Source: an uncultured Bacilli bacterium
GTDB lineage: Bacteria > Bacillota_I > Bacilli_A > RF39 > UBA660
Assembly (NCBI GenBank): GCA_934101595.1
Contig: CAKORR010000005.1
Location: 6,380 to 70,379, forward strand
Direction of reading: 5' to 3'
Length of the DNA: 64,000 nt
Below the pieces are notes generated by a model, which was not told where the DNA came from, searched no databases, and was given only the letters and a program-made list of their open reading frames with translations. Made by a program: the position numbers and the translations under genes. Shown here piece by piece: positions 39,654 to 50,137 of this stretch (positions are counted from its first letter, which is position 1; each line of letters starts with the position of its first letter).

Positions 39654-40278
39654 ACAAATTATCTATAAATGCTTTGAATAACCTACGACTAATTAAATCA
39701 TCTGTATCCTCTGGATGCCATTCTACCCCAATAAAGAAAGAATGATTTTTATCTTCGATAGCCTCTATAACGTTATCATTAGCTATGCCAACAACATTTA
39801 AATTCGTATTCTTTATGATATCATTATGTCTTGAATTAGTTTTAAATGTTTCTTTTCTAATATATTTATATAATTTACTGTCTTTATTTAAAGACACTTC
39901 ATGAACATACTTTTTGATCGACTTATGATTTCCTTGTTTTAAGGCGCATACAGAGCCATTAAACGCTAAAGCCATCTCTTGCATGCCCAAGCATATTCCT
40001 AAGACAGGAATGCCTAATTTGTGGGTATATTTAATGATTTCAATATCTTTATTATTTATTCCATCACCACCAGGTAAAATAATACCATCACAAGTGTTTA
40101 AAACACTATATATTTTATTTAAATGATTATTAGTGATAATACCTATAATTTCCACATTAAAATATTTTAAACGCTTGATTACACTGTCTCTTACATAGTG
40201 TTTTAAAACTCCATTTGCTTCCTCTCTTAACAAAACCCCTACTCTTTTCATTATTTCCTTTCTAAAATGCAAATACAT
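39652..40278 (-). CDS. class I glutamine amidotransferase-like hydrolase (peptidase C26 family)
   Basis: GICLGMQ nucleophile elbow and a His/Glu region (EWHPE). The stop codon lies inside the 21-bp repeat. Confidence 0.6.
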   Translation of the reverse strand: MYLHFRKEIMKRVGVLLREEANGVLKHYVRDSVIKRLKYFNVEIIGIITNNHLNKIYSVLNTCDGIILPGGDGINNKDIEIIKYTHKLGIPVLGICLGMQEMALAFNGSVCALKQGNHKSIKKYVHEVSLNKDSKLYKYIRKETFKTNSRHNDIIKNTNLNVVGIANDNVIEAIEDKNHSFFIGVEWHPEDTDDLISRRLFKAFIDNL

Positions 40279-40573
40279 TTATTAATGTAATTATAACTCC
40301 TATTAATAAACCATATAATAATATCTTGTCCTCATTATATTTTTTTGCTTCAGGAAGTATTTCATGTATGGACAAAGTTATCATTATTCCGGCAACTAAT
40401 ATCAGAATTATACTAATTGATAAATTATTAATATAATTTTTTAAAAATATATAAGATAATATTGCACCTAGTGGTTCAGCCAAGCTTGATATAAATACTA
40501 ATTTTAGAGCCTTTTTACGACTATTAGTAGCATAATAAACTGGTATTGCAATACCTATTCCCTCAGATTGCAT
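40262..40573 (-). pseudogene. zupT: zupT (ZIP zinc transporter) C-terminal fragment
   Basis: GIGIAIPVYYATNSRKKALKLVFISSLAEPLGAI... aligns with ZupT residues that follow the second HNxPEG motif. Continues the reading frame of 43372..43863 once the insert is removed. Confidence 0.6.
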
Positions 40574-40597
40574 TCGTTAAGCAACACATATATAGAA

Positions 40598-42172
40598 TTA
40601 AAACTTTTTGAAGTTAAAAAATATATCAACACATCCATTCTCATGTATAGAAATTTTTTTAATCAGTTTCAAAACTAAATCCCTACTTGGATACTTATCC
40701 TTAAATGATAGAACCTCTTCTTGTAATGATTTAAAGATATTTTTACTTTTATTTATTTTTTCTAAATAACAATTGATCTCACTTAATTTTTCTTTTTTTG
40801 CCAAAATATCTTTGTTAAATTTGGTCTCTATCCTTTGGTACATATCTTCATTTATTTTATTCTGTAATTTATCAATGTACATATTATCCAAGTTATTTTT
40901 AATATTATCTATCTCAAACTCTAATTTATTTTTTATCTTATTATAAGAGGATAGTATATCGTTATTTTTATATTTTTTTAATACTTCTTTATCTAGTATT
41001 TTATTATTTACCATATATATTATTTTTTTTATTTCGTTAACTACACCTAGTTCTAAATTGTCATAATCAAAACCATGAGCGGTGCATAATCTAGGACTCT
41101 TATTATATTTTCGATAATAATTACATACCGTAGTACTTTTTCCATTGGCCCTTCTCGCTCTAATTCCAATATTATGGCCACAATCAGCACATCTTAGTAA
41201 GCCATCTAATAAAAACATTTCTTTTTTATCATTTCTTTGATGTTGATTTGGTAATAATTGTTGAACTCTATCAAATGTTTCTTTATTAATAATAGCGTCA
41301 TGTGTATTTTTAACTATTACCCATTCTTCTTTAGGATTGCAAATTATTTTACGGTATTTATAACTTAGTCTAGAACGCTTATTTTGAACTAAATCTCCAG
41401 TATATAATCTATTTTGCAATATTTTTTTTATAGTAGTATTGCACCAGTACCCTAAAATATTTCCATTTTTTCCAGATCTTATAAAATTTCTGTTTCTAGT
41501 TATAGAAAATGTGGGTATATTCTCACTATTTAATATATCTCTTATTTTATTAATTCTTATACCATTGGTAAACATATCAAATATTCTTTTAACAATTGGT
41601 GATTCAATTTCGTCTTTTACTAGATGATTCTTATTATTTGGATCGGTTTTATAACCAAAAGGGGGACATCCCCCTACCCATTTGCCTTCACATTGCATAG
41701 TATGCAGTGCTGTTCTAATTTTTTTTGATAAATCTTTCGCATACATATCATTTAATATTGCTTTAAATGGTGCAATGTCATTATTAGAATTATCTAAAAA
41801 AGTATCTATATTATCTGTTAAGGCAACATACCTAATATTATGAGCAGGAAACCATTTTTCTATATATTCACCAGTACCAATGTAATCTCTTGATAATCGT
41901 GATAAATCTTTAGTAATAACCATATTTACCCTTTTATTCTCAATGTCTTTTAACATTCTTTTAAAATTAGGTCTATCAAAATTAGTACCTGTAAACCCAT
42001 CATCAACATATATATCAACTAAAGTATATCCTTTTTCCTTTACGTAATTAGTTAATAATATTTTTTGATTTTGAATACTTTCACTTTCCCCTAAATTATC
42101 ATCTTCTTTAGATAACCTTATATAGATTGCTACCAAGTATTCTTTTACTATATTTTTTAAAACATTATACAT
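40598..42172 (-). CDS. large serine recombinase (resolvase/invertase N-domain plus zinc ribbon plus coiled coil)
   Basis: AIYIRLSKEDD (catalytic Ser), VITKDLSRLSRD, Cys-rich CADCGHN...CNYY...CTAH, and length 524 aa. Confidence 0.85.
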   Translation of the reverse strand: MYNVLKNIVKEYLVAIYIRLSKEDDNLGESESIQNQKILLTNYVKEKGYTLVDIYVDDGFTGTNFDRPNFKRMLKDIENKRVNMVITKDLSRLSRDYIGTGEYIEKWFPAHNIRYVALTDNIDTFLDNSNNDIAPFKAILNDMYAKDLSKKIRTALHTMQCEGKWVGGCPPFGYKTDPNNKNHLVKDEIESPIVKRIFDMFTNGIRINKIRDILNSENIPTFSITRNRNFIRSGKNGNILGYWCNTTIKKILQNRLYTGDLVQNKRSRLSYKYRKIICNPKEEWVIVKNTHDAIINKETFDRVQQLLPNQHQRNDKKEMFLLDGLLRCADCGHNIGIRARRANGKSTTVCNYYRKYNKSPRLCTAHGFDYDNLELGVVNEIKKIIYMVNNKILDKEVLKKYKNNDILSSYNKIKNKLEFEIDNIKNNLDNMYIDKLQNKINEDMYQRIETKFNKDILAKKEKLSEINCYLEKINKSKNIFKSLQEEVLSFKDKYPSRDLVLKLIKKISIHENGCVDIFFNFKKF

Positions 42173-42480
42173 TTTTCCTCCTTGATTATTAGGAATATAA
42201 TAATTGACTATGGTTATAAAAGCACATTGTAATCATAATGTAAGCCCACTTCTTTTTGATTTTTTAAATAATTTATGAAAGCTTCGACTAATAAAGTTTC
42301 TATTTTTTCATTATCATTATCATAAAATAAATTATATTTTAATTCCTTGGTTATAATAGCGCCTCCCTTTTTGTGATCTAATTAAATTTATGAAAAAACA
42401 TGCCTATTTATTTATAAAACAAAAAATAGACTATTAGATTAATCTATGTTACAATAACTTGTATAAGGAGGTTTTTGTTA

Positions 42481-43358
42481 TGAAAAAACAATTAAAAGAA
42501 TTATTTAAACTAAACAAGGAGGCTATTTCTAAAAATAAACCAGTTAAAATTACAAATTTAACTCAATATAGAAAAGAGTTAGAAAAAGGTACAACTGATT
42601 TTGATTTTAGTGAACTAAACGTAAATGATGATGATATTCAAAATATTAATCTAGAAAATTTGAATTTAGACATTGATTTAAGAGAAGTTTTTGTGCCTTT
42701 TAATGGTTCACAATTATTTGGAAAAAGTGTGCTTTTACCAATTGTTAAAGAACCAGGAGATTCTTTTTTAAACATCTCGAATTCAAGATTAGCTGGAAAT
42801 AATGTATCAGGAAGCTTAGATAAATTTGGTGATGACTTATATGGTAATCAAACATATATTTGGTATAGTGAAGAAACATTTGATGATGAGTACAAGTCAA
42901 AATATCCACAATTTTTCTTATCGAAAGACGCTCCTGAAGAATTGCGTCAAAAATATTATAATCCTATTATGGTTTCTAGAGAAATAATTGATTTAAGTCA
43001 TATAACTGCCGATAGCGAAGAAAATAAATATATAAAAATTCAGGTACCTGTAAGACAAACTTTAACTATTGATGAATACTTAAAATATTATGAATTTTTA
43101 AAAGGAAAGTATTTAGGAAATTTTTATATTAACGAGCAAGATTTATTGCAAATTGATATAATCGAAAGATATGGATTAGAACGAAGAGAAGAAATTTTAA
43201 GTCATATTAAAAGTAGAATAAACATTATTAACCAAATTGCTGAATGTGAGAATTACAATATAAATGAAATTAGCGACAAAGACGTTTGTTTATCATTAAA
43301 ACTTAGATTGAAAAAAGAAGATTTTAAAGAAATAAATAAACTACCAAATAATTGGTAG
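42481..43358 (+). CDS. hypothetical protein (cargo of the serine-recombinase element)
   Basis: ~292 aa, acidic, no recognisable motif. Divergent from the recombinase. The ORF-track start is 42459. Confidence 0.35.
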
Positions 43359-43371
43359 TTTTATTTAATAT

Positions 43372-43863
43372 TTATATTTTATTTGGTGATGCATAAAAAA
43401 AACAATCTTCAGGAATGTTGTGTAACATCAAGGCAACAGCTATTTTAATACCTAGGGATATATCTGCATAGCTAGACATAAATGATGCTATACCCTCCGG
43501 AAAATTATGAACCATTAATGCTATCATATTTAATATTCCTAATTTATACAAACTTTTTTCATTTTTTGAAAATTTAACAATAAATTTATTAATTATCAAT
43601 ATAATTAATGTTCCCAGTAAGAAGAAAACAATTAAAATTAAATTAGTTGTAAAAGCTGAATAGGTTTTTAAAAGATTAATAAATGACTCAGGTATTAATT
43701 CAAAGATGCTTATAGATATCATTATAGCAAGCGAAAAGCTTAAACATAGAGTAATAAATTTGTTTTGGTTTTCCTTTTTAATATTAATGAATGAAAATAA
43801 ACCACCAATCATAGTTGCAAACCCTGCCACTGAAGAAATTATTAATGCATATATTAGTTTCAT
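43372..43863 (-). pseudogene. zupT: zupT N-terminal fragment
   Basis: TM helices and both ZIP motifs HNFPEG and HNIPE. The frame ends 11 codons after the junction. Confidence 0.6.
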
Positions 43864-43982
43864 GTAACCACCAATTAATTATATGTTTTATACATAATTT
43901 ATATTTTGAAATTAATTAAAAGGTAATAATTACCAAACTAATTAGGGGTATTTTTCCTATTTCTGTCCATACTATAAATAGG

Positions 43983-44084
43983 AGGTAAGATTATGGAAAG
44001 AAATTCAAGCAAAGCAAAGAATTCTAATTCAGCAAGAGAAAAAGCACGTAAATCAAGTGCTAGATGTTCAAATGCTAGAAATAA
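43983..44084 (+). CDS. 33-aa highly basic Ser/Asn/Arg-rich peptide
   Basis: MERNSSKAKNSNSAREKARKSSARCSNARNNRK with a strong RBS aggaggt 7 nt upstream. Not in the ORF track. Confidence 0.25.
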
Positions 44085-44119
44085 CAGAAAATAATTTTAC
44101 AAAAATAAAAAGGAATGAT

Positions 44120-45001
44120 TTAAAATTCCTTTTTTTCATGGGGATGATTCTTGTAATCATTCTTTATTTTTTCATTACTTAAATGAGTATATATTTGAGT
44201 AGTTGATATATCGCTATGCCCTAATAGTTCTTGAACTATTCTTAAATCAGCGCCATTATTGATCATATGAGAAGCAAATGAGTGTCTTAAAGTATGGGGT
44301 GATATATCTTTTTTTATATTTTTTTCAAAACATATTTTTTTAATTATCTTAAAAAAGCCTTGTCTTGTCATTTGTCTACCAAAATTATTCAAAAAAACAT
44401 ATTCAGAGATATTATTTTTAAGGATTAAATTGCGGTAGGTTGTAATATAATCCTTTAAGTATGCCGAGGCAACTTCTCCAAACGGAATTAATCTTTCTTT
44501 ACTTCCCTTTCCATAAACACGAATTAAATCATCAGTAAAAGAAATATTTGATATTTTTAAATTTATAAGTTCAGATACTCTAAGGCCTGTTGAATATAGT
44601 AATTCAAGCATAGCTTTATTACGATAATCCAAAGGTGTTTTAGTTAGTATATCAAGAAGAATGTCTACCTCCTCTATTGTTAAAAAATTAGGTAATTTTT
44701 TTCTTAATTTTGGCTGAGATATATCTTCAGTTGGATTTATTTTAATCCTACCAATAAAATTTAAATATTTATAAAAAGTTTTTAATACTGTCAAATAATG
44801 AGCTCTTGTGGTATCACTCTTCTCTCTATTCATTTCCAAGAATTTTTTTACATCTTTTCTAGTTACATTAGTAGTATCTTTTTTGGATAAAGAATTTAAA
44901 AATAATTGTAAATTTTCTTCATATGATTTGACAGTATTTTCGCTTAATTTTCTTTCATATTTTAAGTAATCTAAGAAATCTAAAATATTTTGATCTTCCA
45001 T
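44120..45001 (-). CDS. xerD: tyrosine recombinase XerD-like
   Basis: C-terminal HTLRHSFASHMINNGADLRIVQELLGHSDISTTQIYTH (R..HxxR..Y catalytic set) and a SAM-like N-domain. 293 aa. Confidence 0.75.
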   Translation of the reverse strand: MEDQNILDFLDYLKYERKLSENTVKSYEENLQLFLNSLSKKDTTNVTRKDVKKFLEMNREKSDTTRAHYLTVLKTFYKYLNFIGRIKINPTEDISQPKLRKKLPNFLTIEEVDILLDILTKTPLDYRNKAMLELLYSTGLRVSELINLKISNISFTDDLIRVYGKGSKERLIPFGEVASAYLKDYITTYRNLILKNNISEYVFLNNFGRQMTRQGFFKIIKKICFEKNIKKDISPHTLRHSFASHMINNGADLRIVQELLGHSDISTTQIYTHLSNEKIKNDYKNHPHEKKEF

Positions 45002-45080
45002 AAAATCACACTCGCTAAAATAATTATATCTCTAAAATCATTTTTTGGCAAAATATGATATAATAAATAATGGTGATTTT

Positions 45081-46298
45081 ATGGAACTACTAGCTAATAT
45101 GTTAAGACCTAAAAAACTATCCGAAGTTATTGGCCAAACTCATTTAATTGGTAAAGATAAAATAATAACAAATATGATCCAAAACAAAAAGCTTTTTTCA
45201 ATGATTTTATATGGTCGCCCTGGCATTGGTAAAACAAGTATTGCCAATGCCATAGTTGGTGAACTAGATATTAAGTATCGCTTTTTAAATGCAACAGTAA
45301 ACAATAAAAATGATTTTGATATAGCCATTGAAGAAGCGAAAATGTATGGCGAAATGATACTCATAATTGATGAAATACATCGTATGAATAAGGATAAGCA
45401 AGATATTCTTTTACCGCATATCGAATCAGGGTTAATTATTTTAATTGGGTTAACTACTTCCAACCCATACCATAAAATTAACCCTGCAATACGAAGCAGG
45501 TGCCAAATATTTGAATTACATGATTTGACTGATCAAGAATTATTGGAAGGATTAAAAAAGGCCACAAAGTTTTTGAAAGATGTAAAGATTGATGATGAGG
45601 CTCTTTCTTTTATAGTATCTTATGCAAATGGTGATTTAAGGAGCGCTATCAATTTTCTAGAAATTGCATATTATTCAAGTAATAATAAAGTTATAACAAT
45701 TGATTTATTAAAAAAGATTAATTCTAAAGCTGTTTTCTTACATGACAAAAATGAGGATGGACACTATGATGTGTTAAGTGCCTTTCAAAAATCGATTAGA
45801 GGAAGTGATCCTGACGCTGCTATTCATTATTTAGCGAGATTAATAGTGGCTGGGGATTTAGACAGTATTTATAGACGGTTATCAGTTATTGCTTATGAGG
45901 ATATTGGGCTTGCTAATCCAAGCATTGGTCCAAAGTTAATGGCTGCTATTCACGCCGCCGAACTAGTTGGCCTTCCAGAGGCTAGAATTCCTCTTGCTGA
46001 AATTACTATTGAAATGAGCTTATCACCTAAAAGTAATAGTGCTTATTTAGCGCTAGATTCAGCCATTAAAGATATAGAAAGCGGTAATTCTGGCAGAGTG
46101 CCTGATCATATAAAAACCTCTTCTAAAACATATCTTTACCCTCATGATTATCCAAACGATTATGTGTATCAAGAATACTTACCAAAAAAACTTGCTGATA
46201 AAAAGTATTACACCCCTAAAAAAAATGGCTATGAAGCGACAATTAAAGCTATTTACGATAAATTAGAGAATATAAAAAGCAAAAATAATCATTCATAA
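45081..46298 (+). CDS. rarA: replication-associated recombination protein A (MgsA/RarA)
   Basis: AAA+ Walker A GRPGIGKTS, Walker B LIIDEIHR and the MgsA C-terminal domain. The ORF-track start is 45045. Confidence 0.85.
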   Translation: MELLANMLRPKKLSEVIGQTHLIGKDKIITNMIQNKKLFSMILYGRPGIGKTSIANAIVGELDIKYRFLNATVNNKNDFDIAIEEAKMYGEMILIIDEIHRMNKDKQDILLPHIESGLIILIGLTTSNPYHKINPAIRSRCQIFELHDLTDQELLEGLKKATKFLKDVKIDDEALSFIVSYANGDLRSAINFLEIAYYSSNNKVITIDLLKKINSKAVFLHDKNEDGHYDVLSAFQKSIRGSDPDAAIHYLARLIVAGDLDSIYRRLSVIAYEDIGLANPSIGPKLMAAIHAAELVGLPEARIPLAEITIEMSLSPKSNSAYLALDSAIKDIESGNSGRVPDHIKTSSKTYLYPHDYPNDYVYQEYLPKKLADKKYYTPKKNGYEATIKAIYDKLENIKSKNNHS

Positions 46299-46320
46299 TT
46301 AAATGAATGATTATTTTTTA
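46284..46320. terminator. bidirectional intrinsic terminator (13-bp perfect stem)
   Basis: aataatcattcat / atgaatgattatt with a 6-nt loop, flanked by A5 and T6, between convergent rarA and the adhesin gene. Confidence 0.6.
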
Positions 46321-49300
46321 TTAATTTTCTTTTCTTCTTTTAATTTTTACTAAACCTAATAAAATAGATGACAATCCTAATACGCTTAGCCAAGGATTTG
46401 TATCAATTCCAGTTTTAGGAGGCTCTATATCTCCTTCTCCAGCTGACACATAATATACTTTTATAACATTTTCATCGTTATTGTTTGAAATAGTAAGTGG
46501 AAGATTCTCTACTTTATCTAAGGCATAATATGTTGGCATTTTATCAGTATATGTTTCAACAACATCTAAGAAAGATTGATTTGTAAACACATCAGTTTTA
46601 GAACTATCTATTTCGCCATCTAGATAATATAAAACACTATAAGAAAGGTCAGTTCTTTTATTATATTTAAATACAATTTCGTTTAATGCTTCATTGTAAT
46701 GAACTGTTAATGTTTTTCCCTTATCTTTAGTGGTATATCCATCAATATCTATTGGATATTCTTTAACCTCGCACATATAAGTTTGATTTTCAACTATTTT
46801 GCGTGGAGCGATTTCTTTATTAGTCTCAGCATCAATGTATTTTACAACATATCTTAAATCATTTCTTTTCTCGTATAAAAATACTATAACATTCTCGCCT
46901 TCATCACTAATTGTAATCATTTTAATTGGCTCTGAAACAAGTTTGTATCCATCTATTTTAATATATTCTTCTTTTATAACATCTTTGTATTTTAGATTTC
47001 TTACTACCTTGTTATCACTAATTGAATTGCCTGTTTTTTTATCCAAATATTTAACTGCATAACTTAAATTATCTTTTATTTTGTAATAAAAAACTATTTC
47101 ATTGTTTTCTACATCAATTTTAAGTTCTTTGGTTTTTTCATCATCTAATACATAGCCTTTTATATCTATGGCATCTTCTTTTACAACATTCCTGTATCTT
47201 TGATTTTTTACAACTTTTTCATTCTCTAGAGACTTACCAGTTTCTCTATCTAAGTATTTTACTGTGTATTCTAAATCAGTTCTAATGGTATATCTAAATA
47301 CTATTTCATTATTTTCGGTATTTATTTCGATTGATTTAGTATTATCACCCATTAATATATAGCCTTTTATTTCAATTGCTTCTTCAGTATGAATAGATTT
47401 ATATTCTTTATTTTTAATAGTTTTAGAGTTTGCAATTTCATTATTAGTTTCATCATCAACATAACGTACTTTAACACTATATTTCTTTCTTGGGTATAAG
47501 AATTCAATTACTTTATTTTCTTCATCAATAACCACATCTTTAGTGCTTTCTTCGGGCATTAAATAACCTTTTAAAGCTGGTTTAGCAGTAAGATGAACAT
47601 TTTCCATATAAGTTATATTATCAAACTTTTCATCGTCATATAAAGGTGTTCTGTCAACTAAATCAAGATATCTTACAGTGTATTTGAAATCAGTTCTCTT
47701 GTAATAACAAACATTAATATAATTATCCTGATCTTTAACGACATATGAACCACTTTCATGCATGTTAGATGAACTAACTACACCATTTTTATAGCCAAAA
47801 CTTGGCTTATAAGCATTTAAAATATCATCATTTAATGTCACTTCGTCTAAAAATGTCTTATTTTCTTCAGTAGCACTACCAAGTTTATTTGAATTATCTT
47901 GTGAATCTTTAAAATAATTAATCGTATATTTTAAATTACTTTTTTTAGTGTAAATTATATTTATAATATTTTTTTCGTTATCAATATTAATCACAAAGTC
48001 TTTATTTTCATTAATAGTGTTATATCCATCTGGCTTTTTTAGATTTTCATCAACATTAATTAGTGATCCAACCTCACCTTTTCCATTTAATCTATACAGT
48101 AAATTATCTTCTGACATACTGTCTTTATAATAATTAACTTGATAGTTACTTAAAATGTAATAAACTGATGAACTGTCAGAAATTTTAACAGAGTCTTTAG
48201 AGTTATTAGGCTTATCATATGAAACTTCCGCATATTCATTAGTTTCATTCCATCCATTTGAAAGATGGCTTTCTAAAGCTTTTATTTTAAAACTTACACT
48301 ACTACCAGTTTCAGTAATATTACCTATATCAAATGTTATTTCATTATCATTAATTGTAGCATTGGAAGGTGAAGCACTTCCAGGTATATATTCAAATCCT
48401 TCTTTTATTACATCTTTTATTTTAGCATTAGTTCCAGCTGGTGATGTAGTTGTAATATTACTAGTTATAGCTTTAAAATCATCATTTAACTTATTTCCTG
48501 TATTAGCTAAATAAAAGTAACTAGGTTTTGTAGCAATATTTTGTAATAACTTTTTCTCGTCTTTATATTTATATTCTGGATCAAATCCAAAGCCTATTGT
48601 AAAAATATCATCAACGATACCTTTTGCATAATTTGCAGCGTTCATAGTATCATTAACATAATTTTCAGTAGTCCATTCTAAATCACCTGGTAAATCATAA
48701 CTTTCTGGCATTCCGTCAGTAAGTAAAATAATATGTTTTGAGTCTTTACCATTCAATTTATTAGCTGCTAAACGTAATCCAGCGGCAATATTAGTAGCAG
48801 ATTCAAGGCCTGAAAATTCACCTTCAGAAAAATGACTCTCTTCAGCGGAAAAATCAGATTTAGTAAATGCTTGCGATTTAAAATTCCTTTGTAATTTGGC
48901 ATTATCCCCAAATTCAACTAAGGCTATTTTCGCTTTTGGATACTTCTTTAATAAACTCTTAGAAAATTCAATCGCTTTCTCTTTAGCAATATTTATTTTG
49001 TAATCATATTCACATTGCCAATCATATTCACATTCATTCTTTGACATTTTCCATGCCATAGTTGTTGATATATCCAATACAAAAACTATATAAGGCACGG
49101 CTTCTTTAAATTCTGATGTAGTAACATTTTTGCCTTTAACGTCTAATGTAACTAAGTATTCGCCATCAACATCTGTTTTACTTACTGTCTTAGTTAATTT
49201 AACATCTCCTGGTTTAGATAATGAGCCATTATCATTTACAGGATCTTTAATGTCCCAAGTTTTATTAGTATTTGCTAATACTATTCCATAATTTCCAAAA

Positions 49301-49368
49301 TTTGAAAAAAGAATTGCAAATACCATAAAAATTCTTAATAAAAAATCAAATTTAGTATTCTTTTTCAT
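46321..49368 (-). CDS. large cell-wall-anchored adhesin (vWA domain plus ~5 MucBP-like repeats plus PPKTG sorting signal)
   Basis: Signal peptide. MIDAS-like VLDISTTM...LTDGMPE. Repeated ~70-aa DL(E/R)YTVKYLD... units. C-terminal PPKTG, a hydrophobic stretch and KIKRRKEN. Confidence 0.7.
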   Translation of the reverse strand: MKKNTKFDFLLRIFMVFAILFSNFGNYGIVLANTNKTWDIKDPVNDNGSLSKPGDVKLTKTVSKTDVDGEYLVTLDVKGKNVTTSEFKEAVPYIVFVLDISTTMAWKMSKNECEYDWQCEYDYKINIAKEKAIEFSKSLLKKYPKAKIALVEFGDNAKLQRNFKSQAFTKSDFSAEESHFSEGEFSGLESATNIAAGLRLAANKLNGKDSKHIILLTDGMPESYDLPGDLEWTTENYVNDTMNAANYAKGIVDDIFTIGFGFDPEYKYKDEKKLLQNIATKPSYFYLANTGNKLNDDFKAITSNITTTSPAGTNAKIKDVIKEGFEYIPGSASPSNATINDNEITFDIGNITETGSSVSFKIKALESHLSNGWNETNEYAEVSYDKPNNSKDSVKISDSSSVYYILSNYQVNYYKDSMSEDNLLYRLNGKGEVGSLINVDENLKKPDGYNTINENKDFVINIDNEKNIINIIYTKKSNLKYTINYFKDSQDNSNKLGSATEENKTFLDEVTLNDDILNAYKPSFGYKNGVVSSSNMHESGSYVVKDQDNYINVCYYKRTDFKYTVRYLDLVDRTPLYDDEKFDNITYMENVHLTAKPALKGYLMPEESTKDVVIDEENKVIEFLYPRKKYSVKVRYVDDETNNEIANSKTIKNKEYKSIHTEEAIEIKGYILMGDNTKSIEINTENNEIVFRYTIRTDLEYTVKYLDRETGKSLENEKVVKNQRYRNVVKEDAIDIKGYVLDDEKTKELKIDVENNEIVFYYKIKDNLSYAVKYLDKKTGNSISDNKVVRNLKYKDVIKEEYIKIDGYKLVSEPIKMITISDEGENVIVFLYEKRNDLRYVVKYIDAETNKEIAPRKIVENQTYMCEVKEYPIDIDGYTTKDKGKTLTVHYNEALNEIVFKYNKRTDLSYSVLYYLDGEIDSSKTDVFTNQSFLDVVETYTDKMPTYYALDKVENLPLTISNNNDENVIKVYYVSAGEGDIEPPKTGIDTNPWLSVLGLSSILLGLVKIKRRKEN

Positions 49369-49379
49369 AGTTTTCCTCC

Positions 49380-50054
49380 TTAATTAATTTTTTTTGCACT
49401 TATGACTAAAAATGAATTTGCCGGTTTATAATAACATGTTTGTAGTGTGATAATTTTATCATTTTTATTCACTGAAACATGAGTATCATAAATACTTTCT
49501 TCCTTGAGCCAATTTAAGTGTGTAATCCAATCGGAATCATTAAAACTAACAATAGTGTGAGGATATTTTTTAGCCTTTTTGATCATTATCGAAAAAATCT
49601 CCCACTTAGTCTCTTCAGAATTTAGATTTAAATAAATATACTTATTTTTAATATAAAAATCCTCATTTAAATAAAGTTCCAAATCATGAAAAACTGCATT
49701 TTTTAATGTTCTCGAATTATGACCATATATTAATAATTTACGGTCTATAATATTGTTACGATAATCTAAAAACACTTTGTCTGGATATTTTAAATAAAAT
49801 TTATTATCATTTGCCTGAAATATTTTTGTATTAATATTTGTGTTAGGAATTTTTATATATCCTACGATGTTTTCATCTTTTATTTTGTCACTCTCTTTTT
49901 TATCTGTAACAATATCTTTATTATATTCGTTACTCTTAATAGTAGATACAGCCTTATCATTGATGCTAATATTCTTATATCCAAAAGTAAATAATATTAT
50001 TATCAATAAAAAGCTTGCCAGAACAACCTTTAAATTTTTCACAAAGGTCCACAC
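49380..50054 (-). CDS. srtB: class B sortase
   Basis: N-terminal TM, YGHN and TLQTC catalytic motifs. Length and sequence closely parallel C. difficile SrtB. Confidence 0.8.
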   Translation of the reverse strand: MWTFVKNLKVVLASFLLIIILFTFGYKNISINDKAVSTIKSNEYNKDIVTDKKESDKIKDENIVGYIKIPNTNINTKIFQANDNKFYLKYPDKVFLDYRNNIIDRKLLIYGHNSRTLKNAVFHDLELYLNEDFYIKNKYIYLNLNSEETKWEIFSIMIKKAKKYPHTIVSFNDSDWITHLNWLKEESIYDTHVSVNKNDKIITLQTCYYKPANSFLVISAKKIN

Positions 50055-50137
50055 TCCCTTTTAAGAATATTCGAACACACAATTAATAGTACCATATTAA
50101 AACGTAATGTCAACACTATTTGTCTTATAATGTCGTT

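Larger units (their letters stand above)
40566..43407. mobile_element. ~2.8 kb integrative element (large serine recombinase plus one cargo gene) inserted in zupT
   Basis: The zupT halves diverge from the ZupT consensus exactly at ...HNIPE|GIG.... The junction sequences share CTGA. Confidence 0.55.

Noticed and set aside
46799-47062. 87-aa + strand ORF
   Set aside because: Antisense inside the adhesin repeat region.
49840-50064. 74-aa + strand ORF
   Set aside because: Antisense to the sortase gene.
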